Shown: piece after piece, positions 1-12,057 of the stretch
Numbering within the stretch: position 1 is the stretch's first letter
Layout of the letters: each line of letters begins with the position of its first letter
DNA from: Zoogloea sp.
GTDB lineage: Bacteria; Pseudomonadota; Gammaproteobacteria; Burkholderiales; Rhodocyclaceae
DNA: 64,000 nt
Reading direction: 5' to 3'
NCBI RefSeq assembly: GCF_044344315.1
Contig: NZ_JBIJDC010000009.1
Location: 2,908 to 66,907, forward strand
Notes under the pieces: generated by a model
What the model saw: only the letters and a program-made list of their open reading frames with translations
Told to the model about the DNA's origin: nothing
The model's database searches: none
Position numbers and translations under genes: made by a program

Positions 1-238
1 GATTGATCGAGGTGCAGATGGATTTGGGGTAGGGCTTGTAGCCCGGGGGGCAGTAGTTGAGGGGCGCCGGGATGCAGCCTTGCACCTCTACCATGTAGTC
101 ATGGCAGAGCTTGTCCAGCTCGGCTGTCGTGACCCCCGGCTTGACGAAGGGCGTGATGTAGTCGAGCACTTCGGAGCCCAGTCGGCCCGCGATGCGCATT
201 TTTTCGATTTCTTCCGGCGTTTTTATGGTGACGCTCAT
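1..238 (-). CDS. map: Methionine aminopeptidase type I, 5' part (truncated by window edge)
   Basis: Manual reverse translation from ATG at 238: MSVTIKTPEEIEKMRIAGRLGSEVLDYITPFVKPGVTTAELDKLCHDYMVEVQGCIPAPLNY. This is a typical Map N-terminus, and the gene is divergent from rpsB as in other proteobacteria. Confidence 0.93.
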   Translation of the reverse strand, partial: MSVTIKTPEEIEKMRIAGRLGSEVLDYITPFVKPGVTTAELDKLCHDYMVEVQGCIPAPLNYCPPGYKPYPKSICTSIN

Positions 239-333
239 GAGACCTGATCTTTTATTGGGGTTTCGAACGCATTAGGCTAGCTCATGCGGCGCGTGCGGGC
301 AATCTGGCGGGAGCGCGAGGCGTAGAGCCGGCC

Positions 334-363
334 TTGAGGGAAGTAACAGGTTGCTGCTACAAT
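334..363 (+). promoter_or_regulatory. Candidate sigma70 promoter of rpsB-tsf
   Basis: TTGAGG (334-339), 18-nt spacer, extended -10 TGcTACAAT (355-363). Confidence 0.55.
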
Positions 364-369
364 CGGCGG

Positions 370-519
370 CTTGTCTGGTATGTGCCAGGCAAAATTCACA
401 CGTCCGGCCCAATGAGGTCCGGTGGGTCTTCCACAGGGAAGGCTCTCGGCAAGGCGTGGTTCCGCATGGGCGGGCCAGGCAGGCTGGGCGGCGGTCAAAC
501 CTCTGTATTGGAGTACAAA
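370..519 (+). ncRNA. rpsB 5' leader (t44-like cis-regulatory RNA)
   Basis: About 150-nt untranslated leader with the CACACG start seen in proteobacterial rpsB leaders, an internal hairpin cttcc-acag-ggaag and long-range pairing gcccaatg/catgggc. Boundaries are approximate. Confidence 0.5.
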
Positions 520-1272
520 ATGTCTGTCACCATGCGTCAAATGCTCGAAGCGGGCGTCCACTTTGGTCACCAAACCCGTTTCTGGAACCCGAAGATGGCT
601 CCCTTTATCTTCGGTCAGCGCAACAAGATCCACATCGTCAACCTCGAGAAGACCCTCGTCAAGTACAACGAGGCCATGGATTTCGTGCGCAAGCTGGCTT
701 CCAATCGCGGCACCGTGCTGATGGTCGGCACCAAGCGTCAGGCTCGTGAAATCGTCGCCGAAGAAGCTCGTCGTGCCGGCATGCCCTATGTCGATGAGCG
801 CTGGCTGGGCGGCATGCTCACCAACTTCAAGACCGTCAAGGTTTCCATCAAGCGCCTGAAGGAAATGGAAGCCATGGTGGAAGACGGCTCCATTGAGCGC
901 CTGTCCAAGAAGGAAGCCCTGATGGCCTCCCGCGAACTCGAGAAGCTGCAGAAGAGCCTCGGCGGCATCAAGGATCTGGGCGGCCTGCCGGATGCCCTGT
1001 TCGTGATCGACGTGGGTTACCACAAGATCGCCATCACCGAAGCCAACAAGCTGGGTATCCCGGTTGTGGCTATCGTTGACACCAACCACACCCCTGAAGG
1101 CGTGGATTTCGTGATCCCGGGTAACGACGATTCGTCCCGTGCGATCCGCCTGTACGCCCGTGGCGTGGCTGATGCCGTGCTGGAAGGCAAGAACCAGGTC
1201 ATCCAGGAAATCGTTGCGGCCGGTTCCGACGAGTTCGTGGAAGTGGAAGACAGCGCCGAAGAGCAGGCCTGA
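520..1272 (+). CDS. rpsB: 30S ribosomal protein S2
   Basis: [26 protein letters not shown] and PGNDDS motifs. Start moved to ATG 520, which has GGAG upstream. Confidence 0.99.
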   Translation: MSVTMRQMLEAGVHFGHQTRFWNPKMAPFIFGQRNKIHIVNLEKTLVKYNEAMDFVRKLASNRGTVLMVGTKRQAREIVAEEARRAGMPYVDERWLGGMLTNFKTVKVSIKRLKEMEAMVEDGSIERLSKKEALMASRELEKLQKSLGGIKDLGGLPDALFVIDVGYHKIAITEANKLGIPVVAIVDTNHTPEGVDFVIPGNDDSSRAIRLYARGVADAVLEGKNQVIQEIVAAGSDEFVEVEDSAEEQA

Positions 1273-1312
1273 GCCTTATTGAATCCGATCAAATAGATAT
1301 TTAGGAGCAAGC

Positions 1313-2209
1313 ATGGCGGAAATTACCGCAGGCATGGTCAAGGAGTTGCGCGAGAAGACCGACGCACCCATGATGGAATGCAAGAAGGCCCTGTCCGAAG
1401 CGGCTGGCGACATGGCCAAGGCCGAAGAGATCCTGCGCATCAAGCTGGGCAACAAGGCCTCCAAGGCCGCTGCCCGTGTGACCGCGGAAGGCATCGTGGG
1501 GGTGTACATCTCCGCTGACGCCAAGCTCGGCGCGATGGTTGAAGTGAACTGTGAAACCGACTTTGTTGCCAAGAACGACGACTTCCTGGCTCTGGTCAAG
1601 AACGTTGCCGAGCTGGTGGCGACCAAGAACCCCGCGGATGTCGAGGCGCTTTCCGCCCTTGAGCTGAATGGCCAGAGCGTGGAGGAAGTCCGTAAGGCTC
1701 TGATCGGCAAGATCGGCGAAAACATGACTATCCGCCGCTTCGTGCGTGTGGAAGCCCAGGGTGCCGTGGCCAACTACATCCACGGTGGTTCGAAGATCGG
1801 CGTGCTGATCGACCTGGTGGGTGGTGATGAAGCGCTGGCCAAGGATCTGGCGATGCATATCGCTGCATCCAAGCCGAAGTCCCTGGATGCCTCCGGCGTT
1901 CCGGCCGAGCTGCTGGATGTCGAGCGTCGTGTGGCCATCGAGAAGGCGCGCGAAGCCGGCAAGCCGGAAGCCATGCTCGAGAAGATCGCTGAAGGTACCG
2001 TGCAGAAGTTCCTGAAAGACGTGACCCTGCTCGATCAGGTCTTCGTCAAGGCCGAGGATGGCAAGCAGATCGTCAGCCAGCTGCTGAAGGCCAAGGGCGC
2101 TTCCGTTGCCGGTTTCACGCTCTTCATCGTTGGCGAAGGCATCGAGAAGAAGGTCACCGACTTCGCCGCTGAAGTGGCTGCCCAGGCTGCCGCTGCAGCC
2201 CAGAAGTAA
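1313..2209 (+). CDS. tsf: Elongation factor Ts
   Basis: [27 protein letters not shown]; [12 protein letters not shown]. Confidence 0.99.
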   Translation: MAEITAGMVKELREKTDAPMMECKKALSEAAGDMAKAEEILRIKLGNKASKAAARVTAEGIVGVYISADAKLGAMVEVNCETDFVAKNDDFLALVKNVAELVATKNPADVEALSALELNGQSVEEVRKALIGKIGENMTIRRFVRVEAQGAVANYIHGGSKIGVLIDLVGGDEALAKDLAMHIAASKPKSLDASGVPAELLDVERRVAIEKAREAGKPEAMLEKIAEGTVQKFLKDVTLLDQVFVKAEDGKQIVSQLLKAKGASVAGFTLFIVGEGIEKKVTDFAAEVAAQAAAAAQK

Positions 2210-2224
2210 GAGGTTCGCAGAACG

Positions 2225-2941
2225 ATGAGTCAGCCCGCCTATAAACGCATTCTCCTCAAGCTCTCCGGCGAAGCCCTGATGGGTGACGACGCCTACGGTA
2301 TCAACCGTGAGGTGGTCGCCGGTATTGTTACCGATGTGGTCGATGTGACCCGCCTCGGTGTGGAGGTCGGAGTTGTGATTGGCGGCGGGAACATCTTCCG
2401 TGGCATGGCGGGGGCTGCGTCCGGCATGGATCGCGCCACCGCCGACTACATGGGGATGCTGGCCACCGTGATGAACGCCATGGCCCTTGCAGATGCGTTC
2501 CGGGCTGCAGGGGTCAATGCGCGGGTCCAGTCGGCCCTGCGCATCGACCAGGTGGTCGAGCCCTATATCCGTGGCAAGGCGATCCGCTATCTCGAAGAGG
2601 GGCGTGTCGTCATCTTCGGTGCTGGCACCGGTAATCCCTTCTTCACCACTGATACTGCTGCAGCCCTGCGTGGCTCCGAAATCGGTGCAGATATTGTGCT
2701 GAAGGCGACCAAGGTGGATGGCATCTACACGGCTGACCCGAAGAAAGATCCCTCCGCGACACGCTTCCACAAGATATCCTTTGATGAGGCGATCTCGCGG
2801 AATCTCGCGGTCATGGATGCGACGGCTTTTGCGCTGTGCCGCGATCAGCGTCTTCCCATCAATGTTTTCAGCCTCTTCAAGAGTGGTGCGCTGAAGCGGG
2901 TGGTGATGGGCGAGGACGAAGGCACGCTGGTCTACTGCTGA
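2225..2941 (+). CDS. pyrH: UMP kinase
   Basis: [31 protein letters not shown]. Confidence 0.99.
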   Translation: MSQPAYKRILLKLSGEALMGDDAYGINREVVAGIVTDVVDVTRLGVEVGVVIGGGNIFRGMAGAASGMDRATADYMGMLATVMNAMALADAFRAAGVNARVQSALRIDQVVEPYIRGKAIRYLEEGRVVIFGAGTGNPFFTTDTAAALRGSEIGADIVLKATKVDGIYTADPKKDPSATRFHKISFDEAISRNLAVMDATAFALCRDQRLPINVFSLFKSGALKRVVMGEDEGTLVYC

Positions 2942-2951
2942 GGATGAAGCA

Positions 2952-3509
2952 ATGATTCCCGAGCTCAAGAAAACTACCGAACACAAGATGCACCGCTCCA
3001 TCGAGGCCCTCAAGCAGGATCTCGCCAAGGTGCGGACTGGCCGTGCCCACGTTGGCATTCTCGATCATGTGATGGTCGATTACTATGGCAGCCCGGTGCC
3101 CATCAGCCAAGTGGCAAACATCACCCTGATTGATGCGCGTACCATTGGCGTTCAGCCTTGGGAAAAGCCGATGGTCGGCAAGGTTGAGAAGGCCATCCGT
3201 GATTCCGATCTGGGTTTGAACCCCGCGGCTCAGGGTGAAGTCATCCGTGTGCCGATGCCGGCCCTGACCGAAGAGCGCCGCAAGGAGCTGATCAAGGTCG
3301 TCAAGAACGAGGGCGAGGGCGCGAAGGTTGCCGTGCGCAATCTGCGCCGCGATGCCAATGGCGCGCTCAAGGATGCTCTCAAGGCCAAGACGATTTCCGA
3401 GGACGACGAACGTCGTGCTCAGGATGAGGTCCAGAAGCTGACGGACAAGTCGATTGTCGAGATCGACAAGCTTCTCGCGCAGAAAGAACAAGAGCTGATG
3501 CAGATCTGA
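2952..3509 (+). CDS. frr: Ribosome recycling factor
   Basis: [28 protein letters not shown]. Confidence 0.99.
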   Translation: MIPELKKTTEHKMHRSIEALKQDLAKVRTGRAHVGILDHVMVDYYGSPVPISQVANITLIDARTIGVQPWEKPMVGKVEKAIRDSDLGLNPAAQGEVIRVPMPALTEERRKELIKVVKNEGEGAKVAVRNLRRDANGALKDALKAKTISEDDERRAQDEVQKLTDKSIVEIDKLLAQKEQELMQI

Positions 3510-3562
3510 CCGTCAGGTCGGTTGCTGCTTTCCCGGTTCCTTTTCTTCCAGGCGGATACGAT

Positions 3563-4351
3563 ATGGTGCGATTGCCGTTTCTCAGCTCCACGCGGGCCGT
3601 ACCCGAGGCTGCGAAGGTTCCTCGGCACATCGCGATCATCATGGACGGCAACGGGCGTTGGGCGCGCAAGCGGCTGATGCCCCGGGTCGCCGGGCATGCC
3701 AAGGGTGTGGATTCCCTGCGCGAGGTGATTCGCAGTTGCCTTGATCGTAGTGTTGAGTACCTGACGGTGTTCGCCTTCAGTTCAGAAAACTGGCGTCGCC
3801 CGAAAGACGAAGTGTCTTTCCTGATGCAGTTGTTCGTGAAGTCCCTGAAGGCCGAAATCGAGCGCATCCATCGCAACAAGATCCGTCTGCGGGTGGTCGG
3901 TGATCTGGCGCCGTTCGACGACGCACTGGTGAGCCTGATCCGTGACGGTGAGGCGCTGACTGCCGATAACGGTAAGATGAATCTCACCATCTGCGCCAAC
4001 TATGGTGGCCGCTGGGACATCATGCAGGCCGTGGAAAAGATGATCGCCACCTCTGGAGAGGCTGGCGGGCGTCCCTATTCCGAGGAGGACTTGGCGCCGC
4101 ATCTTGCGCTGAGCTTCAGTCCCGAGCCAGATCTGTTCATCCGTACCGGGGGCGAGCAGCGTATCAGCAACTTCATGCTCTGGCAGCTCGCCTACTCCGA
4201 GCTTTATTTCACCGACAAGCTGTGGCCCGAGTTCGGTGAAGCGGCCCTGGATGAGGCCATCGCGTCCTACCAAGGGCGAGAGCGCCGCTTCGGACGGACC
4301 AGCGAACAGGTCGTCTCCGACAAGCCCGATACCGCGCCCGATCATGCTTAA
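3563..4351 (+). CDS. uppS: Undecaprenyl diphosphate synthase
   Basis: PRHIAIIMDGNGRWA, FAFSSENWRRP, FIRTGGEQRISNF. Confidence 0.98.
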   Translation: MVRLPFLSSTRAVPEAAKVPRHIAIIMDGNGRWARKRLMPRVAGHAKGVDSLREVIRSCLDRSVEYLTVFAFSSENWRRPKDEVSFLMQLFVKSLKAEIERIHRNKIRLRVVGDLAPFDDALVSLIRDGEALTADNGKMNLTICANYGGRWDIMQAVEKMIATSGEAGGRPYSEEDLAPHLALSFSPEPDLFIRTGGEQRISNFMLWQLAYSELYFTDKLWPEFGEAALDEAIASYQGRERRFGRTSEQVVSDKPDTAPDHA

Positions 4352-5168
4352 GGCGCGGGTCATCACCGCGCTTGTCCTGCTCGCAGGTCTTCTCGCCGCA
4401 CTCTTTCTACTGCCCGCTTCGGGCTGGCTCCTGTTCGCATCTCTCATCTGCGCCGTCGCAGCCTCGGAGTGGGCGACCATGCTCGGCTTTGGCGGTGTGG
4501 CCAGGAATCTCTATGCAGTGATTCTTGGCTCCCTGTGTCTCGCTGCCGGTGCGGTGGCTGGACTGCATCAGGAGGCCACTGTCGCGCCCTTCGGCCTTGC
4601 ACCTGTGTATGCGGTCAGCGCCTTGTTCTGGGTCCTGTGCGTGCCTTTTTGGCTGCGTTCCTGGTGGCAATTGCCAGGGCAGGGGGCGGCGGCGCTGATT
4701 GGGTTGGTGCTGCTTCTTCCCCCCAGTCTGGCCATTGCCCACCTTCGACTCCTGAGCCCATGGCTGCTGCTGGGGGTCATGGCGGCGGTCTGGGTCGCTG
4801 ACATTGCAGCGTATTTCACCGGCCGGGCCTTTGGCCGCCGCAAGCTGGCGCCGTCCATCAGCCCAGGCAAGAGCTGGGAGGGTGCCTACGGGGCGATGGC
4901 CGGCGTGGTGATCTATGGTCTTATCTGCCTGAATCATGTGGGGCATGACGTGACAGCAAGTGGCTACCTCCTTGCGGTGCCGGTACTGGTTGCCTTCACG
5001 GCGGTGAGCATCATCGGTGATCTGTTTGAGTCATTGATCAAGCGCCAGGCAGGCGTCAAGGACAGTGGGAGTCTGCTGCCTGGGCATGGTGGTGTGCTTG
5101 ATCGTATTGACAGCCTTACGTCCACGCTGCCGATTGCCGGCTTGCTGACACTCTGGATGGCGCGTTGA
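4344..5168 (+). CDS. cdsA: Phosphatidate cytidylyltransferase
   Basis: Hydrophobic protein with [14 protein letters not shown] and [25 protein letters not shown]. Start at ATG 4344 (MLKARVITA). Confidence 0.97.
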   Translation: MLKARVITALVLLAGLLAALFLLPASGWLLFASLICAVAASEWATMLGFGGVARNLYAVILGSLCLAAGAVAGLHQEATVAPFGLAPVYAVSALFWVLCVPFWLRSWWQLPGQGAAALIGLVLLLPPSLAIAHLRLLSPWLLLGVMAAVWVADIAAYFTGRAFGRRKLAPSISPGKSWEGAYGAMAGVVIYGLICLNHVGHDVTASGYLLAVPVLVAFTAVSIIGDLFESLIKRQAGVKDSGSLLPGHGGVLDRIDSLTSTLPIAGLLTLWMAR

Positions 5169-5172
5169 AGTC

Positions 5173-6366
5173 ATGAACCACGGCAAGAAACTTGTAACGG
5201 TACTCGGCGCGACGGGCTCCATCGGTGTCAGCACGCTGGACGTGGTAGCACGGCACCCGGATCTTTTTGGTGTGTTTGCCCTCACGGCCCATCGGCAGGT
5301 GGACAAACTGCTTGAGCAGTGTCTGGCTCACCGCCCTGCCTATGCGGTTCTCGATAGCTCGGAGGACGCGTTGGCGCTGCAGTCCCGGCTCGACGCAGCA
5401 GGCTGTTGCACCGAGGTGCTGGTGGGCGCGGCTGCCCTGGCCGATGTGGCTGCTGCCCCGGAAGTGGACATGGTCATGGCCGCCATTGTCGGCGCCGCTG
5501 GGCTCGTGCCGGCCCTTGCCGCTGCGCGGGCTGGCAAGCGCATCCTGCTCGCCAACAAGGAAGCCCTGGTGATGTCCGGGGCACTCTTCATGCAGGAGGT
5601 TGCAGCGACCGGGGCAAGCTTGCTGCCCATCGATAGCGAGCACAACGCCATTTTTCAGGCGCTCCCCGCGGGTTTCGAACGGGGCCTTCACGGTAGCGGT
5701 GTCAATCGCATCCTGCTGACCGCCTCAGGAGGGCCTTTCCGGCGCAAGCCTGTGGAGGAGCTTGCCGCGGTAACGCCGGATATGGCTTGCGCCCATCCCA
5801 ACTGGGTGATGGGGCGCAAAATTTCCGTCGACTCCGCCACCATGATGAACAAGGGCCTCGAGGTCATCGAGGCTCACTGGCTATTCGGCTTGCCGGCGGC
5901 AAGCATCCAGGTGGTCATCCATCCCCAGAGCGTGATTCATTCGATGGTCTCGTACGCGGATGGATCGGTCATTGCCCAGCTGGGCAACCCGGATATGCGC
6001 ACGCCTATTGCCCATGCCATGGCTTATCCCCAGCGGGTGGATGCGGGTGTGCGTCCGCTTGATCTGTTCGAGATTGCCCGGCTGGATTTCGAGCGCCCGG
6101 ATCTTGAACGATTCCCCTGCCTGGCCCTGGCCTACCGGGCGCTGGAAGAAGGGGGGATTGCACCCGCCGTGCTCAATGCGGCCAACGAGGTTGCGGTGGC
6201 GCGATTTCTCGATGGCGGGCTGCGGTTTGACCGTATCGCTGGCGTCATCGCCGATACGCTGGACGCAATTGCGCCGCATACGGCGGATACCCTCGAGATC
6301 GTTTTTGAGGCGGACCGACAGGCCCGGGATATCGCCGGTGATCTGGTTCGAGGGCGGTGCAGATGA
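5173..6366 (+). CDS. dxr: 1-deoxy-D-xylulose-5-phosphate reductoisomerase
   Basis: [48 protein letters not shown]. Confidence 0.99.
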   Translation: MNHGKKLVTVLGATGSIGVSTLDVVARHPDLFGVFALTAHRQVDKLLEQCLAHRPAYAVLDSSEDALALQSRLDAAGCCTEVLVGAAALADVAAAPEVDMVMAAIVGAAGLVPALAAARAGKRILLANKEALVMSGALFMQEVAATGASLLPIDSEHNAIFQALPAGFERGLHGSGVNRILLTASGGPFRRKPVEELAAVTPDMACAHPNWVMGRKISVDSATMMNKGLEVIEAHWLFGLPAASIQVVIHPQSVIHSMVSYADGSVIAQLGNPDMRTPIAHAMAYPQRVDAGVRPLDLFEIARLDFERPDLERFPCLALAYRALEEGGIAPAVLNAANEVAVARFLDGGLRFDRIAGVIADTLDAIAPHTADTLEIVFEADRQARDIAGDLVRGRCR

Positions 6367-7736
6367 GTGGCATGGGTCTGCTCGATTACGTCCTGCCTTT
6401 CCTGCTGGCGTTGGGGATTCTGATCGTCGTTCACGAGTTCGGTCATTACAGCGTGGCGCGCCTGTGTGGTGTCAAGGTGCTGCGATTTTCGTTGGGTTTC
6501 GGCAAGCCGCTGCTGATGCGTCGCTTCGGCCCTGACCAGACGGAGTGGGTGCTGTCGGCCTTCCCGCTGGGGGGCTACGTGAAGATGCTGGACGAGCGTG
6601 AGGCTCCGGTGCCAGCGCACGAGCAGCACCGGGCCTTCAATCGGCAGACCGTGTGGCGCCGGATCGCCATCGTGGCGGCGGGGCCGCTTGCGAACTTTGT
6701 CCTGGCCATCGTCCTGTACTGGGGGCTTTACGTCGGAGGGGTGGAGGAGTTGCGGCCACGTCTCGGCCCCCCGGTGGCTGCCAGCCTGGCCGAGCAGGCC
6801 GGCTTCGCCGACGGTGACGTCGTGCGCAGCGTTGATGGCCGGCCGGTACAGACCTGGCAGGAGTTTCGTTGGGAGTTGATCAACGACGCCCTGGACAAGC
6901 GGGTGGTGGTAATCGAGACCATCAACGATACCCGGGAGATCGTGTTTCGCAAGCTCGATTTGAGTGCGGCGACGGTGGATCAGGATAAGCAGGACATCGC
7001 GACACAGGTAGGCCTGACCTTGCAGCGTCCCAAGCTGCCTGCCGTGCTGGGCAAACTAAGCCCGGGTGGGGCCGCCGAAGCGGCAGGGCTGCGCGAAGGA
7101 GATCGGGTTGTCCGTATCGGAGAGAAAACCGTGGAGGACTGGACCGAGTTGGTGATGGCTGTTCGCGAGGCCCCGGGTCAGACATTGGAAGCAGAAGTCG
7201 TTCGGGATGGTGGAGCCTACGTGACCCGCATCGTCCCTGTATCGGTCGAGGAGAACGGTCGTGCAATCGGGCGCATCGGCGTCGGGGTGGCCGACGCGGA
7301 AGGCCGACGGGAGCTGATGTTCGTGACGGTTCGCTATGATTCCCTGGACGCGCTGGGCAAGGGCTTGCGTCAGACCTGGGATACTGCGGCGCTCAGTCTG
7401 TCGGTCATGGGACGCATGATTGTCGGCGAGGTTTCGGTGAAGAATCTCAGTGGTCCGGTGACCATTGCCGACTTTGCCGGGCAGTCCGCACGCATGGGTT
7501 TTTCCCATTACATCAAGTTCCTGGCGCTGATCAGCATCAGCCTCGGGGTCCTGAATCTGCTCCCGGTGCCGGTGCTTGATGGTGGGCACTTGCTGTATTA
7601 TGTGATCGAGATCATCAAGGGCGGCCCGGTTTCCGAACGTGTTATGGAGATCGGCCAGCAGATCGGCATGGCCCTGCTGGCAGCGCTAATGGCTTTCGCC
7701 TTCTACAACGACATCAACCGCCTTGTTGCTAGCTGA
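6363..7736 (+). CDS. rseP: RIP metalloprotease RseP
   Basis: VHEFGH (HExxH), two PDZ-like segments, [16 protein letters not shown] overlap with the dxr stop. Confidence 0.98.
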   Translation: MSGMGLLDYVLPFLLALGILIVVHEFGHYSVARLCGVKVLRFSLGFGKPLLMRRFGPDQTEWVLSAFPLGGYVKMLDEREAPVPAHEQHRAFNRQTVWRRIAIVAAGPLANFVLAIVLYWGLYVGGVEELRPRLGPPVAASLAEQAGFADGDVVRSVDGRPVQTWQEFRWELINDALDKRVVVIETINDTREIVFRKLDLSAATVDQDKQDIATQVGLTLQRPKLPAVLGKLSPGGAAEAAGLREGDRVVRIGEKTVEDWTELVMAVREAPGQTLEAEVVRDGGAYVTRIVPVSVEENGRAIGRIGVGVADAEGRRELMFVTVRYDSLDALGKGLRQTWDTAALSLSVMGRMIVGEVSVKNLSGPVTIADFAGQSARMGFSHYIKFLALISISLGVLNLLPVPVLDGGHLLYYVIEIIKGGPVSERVMEIGQQIGMALLAALMAFAFYNDINRLVAS

Positions 7737-7742
7737 AATCGG

Positions 7743-10034
7743 ATGAAATCCAAGCTTCTTCCCGGGGTGATCGCTGCGCTTTTCGCTGCGTCTCCCGCAT
7801 TGGCCTTTGAGCCATTCGTCGTCAAAGACATTCGTATTGAAGGTATCCAGCGCACCGAAGCCGGTACTGTATTCAACTACCTGCCCGTCAAGGTCGGAGA
7901 GCAGTTTTCCGACGACAAGGCTTCCCAGGCGATCAAGGCCCTGTTTGCCACGGGCTTCTTCAAGGACGTCCGGATCGAAGTGGATAAAGACGTGATCGTC
8001 GTCGTTCTCGACGAGCGTCCGGCTATTTCCCAGGTCGATTTTGTCGGCATCAAGGAGTTCGACAAGGAGGCCCTGAAGAAAGGCCTCAAGGAAGTCGGCC
8101 TTGCGGAGTCGCGGATCTTTGACCGGGCGGTACTTGAGCGTGCCGAACAGGAGCTCAAGCGTCAGTACCTCTCCAAGGGCTTGTATGGTGTGCAGATCAC
8201 CACCACCGTCACGCCCCTTGAGCGCAATCGTGTCGGTGTGAATTTCAACGTGGTTGAGGGTGAGGCCGCGCGTATTCGCCAGATCAGCATCATCGGCAAC
8301 AAGGTGTTCAAGGAGAAGGAGCTGCTTGAGCTCTTTTCCCTCACCACCCCGGGCTGGATGACGTGGTATTCGAAGAGTGACCAGTATTCGAAGCAGAAGC
8401 TTTCCGGCGATATCGAGGCGCTGCGCTCCCATTACCTGAACCGGGGCTATCTGGATTTCAACATCGATTCGACCCAGGTGTCGATCACGCCCGACAAGAA
8501 GGATATCTACATCACCCTGAGCATTTCCGAGGGTGAGAAGTACACCGTCTCCGACGTAAAGCTGGCGGGCACCATGGTGGTGCCCGAGGCCGAGCTTCAG
8601 GCGCTCATCAAGCTCAAGGCGGGTGAGACCTTCGTGCGCGACAGCGTCACGGCCACCACCAAGGCCATCAGCGATCGCCTGGGCAATGCGGGCTATGCCT
8701 TTGCCAACGTCAATGCTGCCCCGGAAGTGGACAAGGCGAAACGTGAGGTGGCCTTCACCTTCTTTGTCGATCCGGGCCGCCGCGTTTATGTGCGAAAAAT
8801 CAACTTCGCAGGCAATGTGCGTACCCGTGACGAGGTGATTCGTCGCGAGATGCGTCAGATGGAGGGTGCGTGGTACGACGGTGCCGCGCTCAACCGTTCA
8901 AAGGTGCGCCTGGATCGCCTCGGCTACTTCGACGAAGTCTCCATCGAGACACCGGCGGTCACGGGCTCTACCGACCAGGTCGATGCCAACTTCACCGTCA
9001 AGGAGCGCGCCACCGGCAACCTGATGCTCGGCGCGGGTTTCTCCAGCTCCGAAAAGGTCATCCTGTCCGCGTCGATTTCCCAGCAGAACCTGTTCGGCAC
9101 CGGCAATGCCATGACCCTTCAGGTCAATACCGGCCGGATCAACAAGACGGTTGCCCTGTCCTTCACCAATCCTTACTGGACCATCGATGGGGTCAGTGTG
9201 GGTTGGGACATCTATCAGCGCAACGTTGACCCGACCTCCCTGTCGGTGGCGACCTACAAGAGTTCGTCTATCGGTGCTGGTGTCCGCTTTGGCTACCCGA
9301 TTGCAGAAGACGACCGGATCAATTTCGGCCTCGCCATCGACCAGACCACCATCAAGGTCTACGACTCCAGCCCGGCGCCCTACGTGAACTTCGTCAACAC
9401 CTTCGGCGATACGGCGCGGAGTCTGCTGGCGACGGCGGGCTGGGCCCGGGATCGTCGGGACAGTTTCCTGTATCCGACCTCGGGGGTGTATCAGCGGGCA
9501 TCGGTTGAAGTTGCCACGCCGGTTCTCGACATGCGTTATGTCCGCGCCAATTACCAGCATCAGTACTGGATTCCCTTTGGTGGTGGCTACGCGTTGATGC
9601 TCAATGGCGATGTGGGCTATGCCCACGGCTACGACGGGAAGGCACTGCCGTTCTACAAGAACTTCTACGCGGGTGGTATCGGCTCGGTGCGGGGATATGA
9701 ACAGAGCACCCTCGGCCCCCGTTATACGGACAGCTCGGGTTTTGTGCGTTCCCTGGGTGGCAACCGGCGCGTGGTAGGCAACGCGGAGTACTATTTCCCC
9801 ATGCCCGGCTCCCAGAAAGACAAGTCCATGCGGCTGTCCTTGTTCGCCGATGCGGGTTATGTGTGGGGTTCGGACGACAAGGTCCGGGCTTCCGATTTGC
9901 GTTACAGTGCCGGCCTGGCGTTCTCCTGGAGTTCTCCTGTCGGCCCGCTCAAATTCAGTCTTGGTCAGGCGCTCAAGAAGGAAGAAGGCGATCGAACGCA
10001 GAAATTCCAGTTCCAGTTGGGTACGGTTTTCTGA
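7743..10034 (+). CDS. bamA: Outer membrane protein assembly factor BamA
   Basis: Signal peptide, POTRA repeats, FYAGGIGSVRGY loop, C-terminal FQFQLGTVF. Confidence 0.98.
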   Translation: MKSKLLPGVIAALFAASPALAFEPFVVKDIRIEGIQRTEAGTVFNYLPVKVGEQFSDDKASQAIKALFATGFFKDVRIEVDKDVIVVVLDERPAISQVDFVGIKEFDKEALKKGLKEVGLAESRIFDRAVLERAEQELKRQYLSKGLYGVQITTTVTPLERNRVGVNFNVVEGEAARIRQISIIGNKVFKEKELLELFSLTTPGWMTWYSKSDQYSKQKLSGDIEALRSHYLNRGYLDFNIDSTQVSITPDKKDIYITLSISEGEKYTVSDVKLAGTMVVPEAELQALIKLKAGETFVRDSVTATTKAISDRLGNAGYAFANVNAAPEVDKAKREVAFTFFVDPGRRVYVRKINFAGNVRTRDEVIRREMRQMEGAWYDGAALNRSKVRLDRLGYFDEVSIETPAVTGSTDQVDANFTVKERATGNLMLGAGFSSSEKVILSASISQQNLFGTGNAMTLQVNTGRINKTVALSFTNPYWTIDGVSVGWDIYQRNVDPTSLSVATYKSSSIGAGVRFGYPIAEDDRINFGLAIDQTTIKVYDSSPAPYVNFVNTFGDTARSLLATAGWARDRRDSFLYPTSGVYQRASVEVATPVLDMRYVRANYQHQYWIPFGGGYALMLNGDVGYAHGYDGKALPFYKNFYAGGIGSVRGYEQSTLGPRYTDSSGFVRSLGGNRRVVGNAEYYFPMPGSQKDKSMRLSLFADAGYVWGSDDKVRASDLRYSAGLAFSWSSPVGPLKFSLGQALKKEEGDRTQKFQFQLGTVF

Positions 10035-10072
10035 TCGCGACCGAACCGTATTGCAAGCAGATGGAGGTTTGA

Positions 10073-10576
10073 GTGAAGGGTATTGGCATTTCCACGCTGG
10101 CAGCAGTGCTGCTGGCAGCGTTTGCACAGACGGCCGTAGCCGAGGTGAAGGTTGGCTTCGTCAATTCCGATCGGGTCATGAAGGAAGCGACGCCTGCCAA
10201 GAAGGCGCAGCAGAAACTCGAGAAGGAATTCGAGAAGCGCGACCAGGACCTTCAACGCATCGCCAAGCAACTGCAAGGCATGCAAGAGGCGCTTGAGAAG
10301 AACACCATGACGATGGGCGAGGGTGAGCGCCGCAACAAGGAGCGTGAGTTCAACGACCTCAACCGCGAGTTTCAGCGTAAGCAGCGTGAGTTCCGGGAAG
10401 ACCTGAACCAGCGTCGCAACGAAGAACTGGCGGGGGTGCTTGAGCGAGCCAACAAGACGATCAAGCAGATCGCCGAGGCTGATAAGTACGACATCATCTT
10501 CCAGGAAGCCGTGTACGCAAGCCCGCGTATCGATATCACCGACAAGGTGATCAAGGCCCTCAGCGAAGCCAAGTAG
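10073..10576 (+). CDS. skp: Periplasmic chaperone Skp/OmpH
   Basis: Signal peptide, KVGFVN, coiled-coil body, DITDKVIKAL; position between bamA and lpxD. Confidence 0.95.
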   Translation: MKGIGISTLAAVLLAAFAQTAVAEVKVGFVNSDRVMKEATPAKKAQQKLEKEFEKRDQDLQRIAKQLQGMQEALEKNTMTMGEGERRNKEREFNDLNREFQRKQREFREDLNQRRNEELAGVLERANKTIKQIAEADKYDIIFQEAVYASPRIDITDKVIKALSEAK

Positions 10577-10588
10577 GCGTCCGTCCCC

Positions 10589-11617
10589 ATGGAAGTCTCT
10601 CTTGGTGCCCTGGTAGGCAGGCTTGGAGGCGAACTGCTTGGTGACCCGGATGTGATGGTCAGGCAGATCGCCACCCTTGAGAAGGCGGGCGACGGAGACC
10701 TCGCCTTTCTCGCCAACCCCAAGTATCGCCAGGCGCTTGAAACCAGCCGGGCCGCGGCTTTCATACTGGCGCCGAAGGCTGTGTCGTTGACCGATAGACC
10801 GCGCATCGTCACGCCCGATCCCTATCTCTATTTTGCCCGGGCGGCCCAGTTTTTCAATCCACCGCGGCGCGCACCGGCAGGCATTCACCCCAGTGCTGTA
10901 GTCGCGTCGTCGCTGCCGCCTTCCGTCTCTGTTGGTGCCAATGCGGTGATCGGCGAGAGCTGCGTGATTGGTGAGAACTGTGTGATTGGGCCGGGCAGCC
11001 TGATTGGTGATGGCGTGCACATCGGAGCTGACAGCCTGTTGCATGCCGGGGTCACCATCCATTTCGATTGCGTGGTTGGCAAACGGGCCATCCTGCACTC
11101 GGGTGTCGTCATTGGTTCGGATGGTTTCGGTTTTGCCCGGGATGCAGATCGTCATTGGGTAAAGATTCCCCAGATCGGTCGTGTGCTTGTTGGTGATGAC
11201 GTGGAGATTGGCGCCAATACCACTGTCGACCGCGGTGCGCTTGGGGACACGGTGATTGGCAATGGGGTCAAGCTCGACAACCTGATTCAGATCGCCCACA
11301 ACGTGAGCATCGGTGACGACAGCATCATGGCGGGGCATTCGGGCATTGCCGGCAGCACCCGGGTCGGGGCCCGGTTGATGGTTGGTGGGCAGGCCGGGAT
11401 TGCCGGTCATCTGAAGGTCTGTGACGACGTCGTAGTGTCAGCCGGGACCATCATTTCCAAGTCCGTGGACAAGCCCGGGGTATACACCGCGATGCTTCCG
11501 CAGATGTCCCATGCGGACTGGATCCGCAATTTTGCCCACGTGCGTCGCCTTGATGCGATGGCCGACCGGGTGCGCGAGCTGGAGAAGAAGCTCGCTGACA
11601 TGGAAAAGAAATCATGA
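10589..11617 (+). CDS. lpxD: UDP-3-O-(3-hydroxyacyl)glucosamine N-acyltransferase
   Basis: Hexapeptide repeats, [20 protein letters not shown]. Confidence 0.98.
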   Translation: MEVSLGALVGRLGGELLGDPDVMVRQIATLEKAGDGDLAFLANPKYRQALETSRAAAFILAPKAVSLTDRPRIVTPDPYLYFARAAQFFNPPRRAPAGIHPSAVVASSLPPSVSVGANAVIGESCVIGENCVIGPGSLIGDGVHIGADSLLHAGVTIHFDCVVGKRAILHSGVVIGSDGFGFARDADRHWVKIPQIGRVLVGDDVEIGANTTVDRGALGDTVIGNGVKLDNLIQIAHNVSIGDDSIMAGHSGIAGSTRVGARLMVGGQAGIAGHLKVCDDVVVSAGTIISKSVDKPGVYTAMLPQMSHADWIRNFAHVRRLDAMADRVRELEKKLADMEKKS

Positions 11618-12057
11618 GCGAAATCATCGACATCAACGAAATCAAGCAGTACATCCCGCATCGATATCCCTTCCTGCTTGTGGATCGGATCGTCGAGATC
11701 GAGCTCGGCAAGCGTGCCGTGGGCCTCAAGAATGTGACCATCAACGAGCCTTTCTTCCCTGGCCACTTTCCCCACAATCCGGTCATGCCCGGCGTGCTGA
11801 TCATCGAAGCGCTGGCCCAGGCTGCCGCCGTGCTGGCCTTCAAGACCGAAGGGACAATTCCGGACAAGGATGCGATGGTGTATTTCGCGTCGGTGGACAA
11901 CGTGCGCTTCAAGCGCCCCGTGGTGCCTGGCGATCAACTGATGCTCGAGGTCGAGATCGTTCGCACCATCCGCAACATCTGGAAGTTCAAGGGGGTTGCC
12001 CGCGTCGCCGGCGAGGTGGCAACCGAAGCCGAATTCATGTGTGCGATCAAACGATGA
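11614..12057 (+). CDS. fabZ: 3-hydroxyacyl-ACP dehydratase
   Basis: [34 protein letters not shown]. Confidence 0.99.
   Translation: MSEIIDINEIKQYIPHRYPFLLVDRIVEIELGKRAVGLKNVTINEPFFPGHFPHNPVMPGVLIIEALAQAAAVLAFKTEGTIPDKDAMVYFASVDNVRFKRPVVPGDQLMLEVEIVRTIRNIWKFKGVARVAGEVATEAEFMCAIKR

Noticed and set aside
1301-3058. 585-aa minus-strand ORF; likewise other long ORFs such as 11934-14369(-), 19069-21711(+), 23928-25928(-), 33997-36126(-) and 59349-61730(-)
   Set aside because: These are antisense shadows of well-recognised genes. They have no recognisable motifs, and long stop-free antisense frames are expected from GC-rich codon usage.
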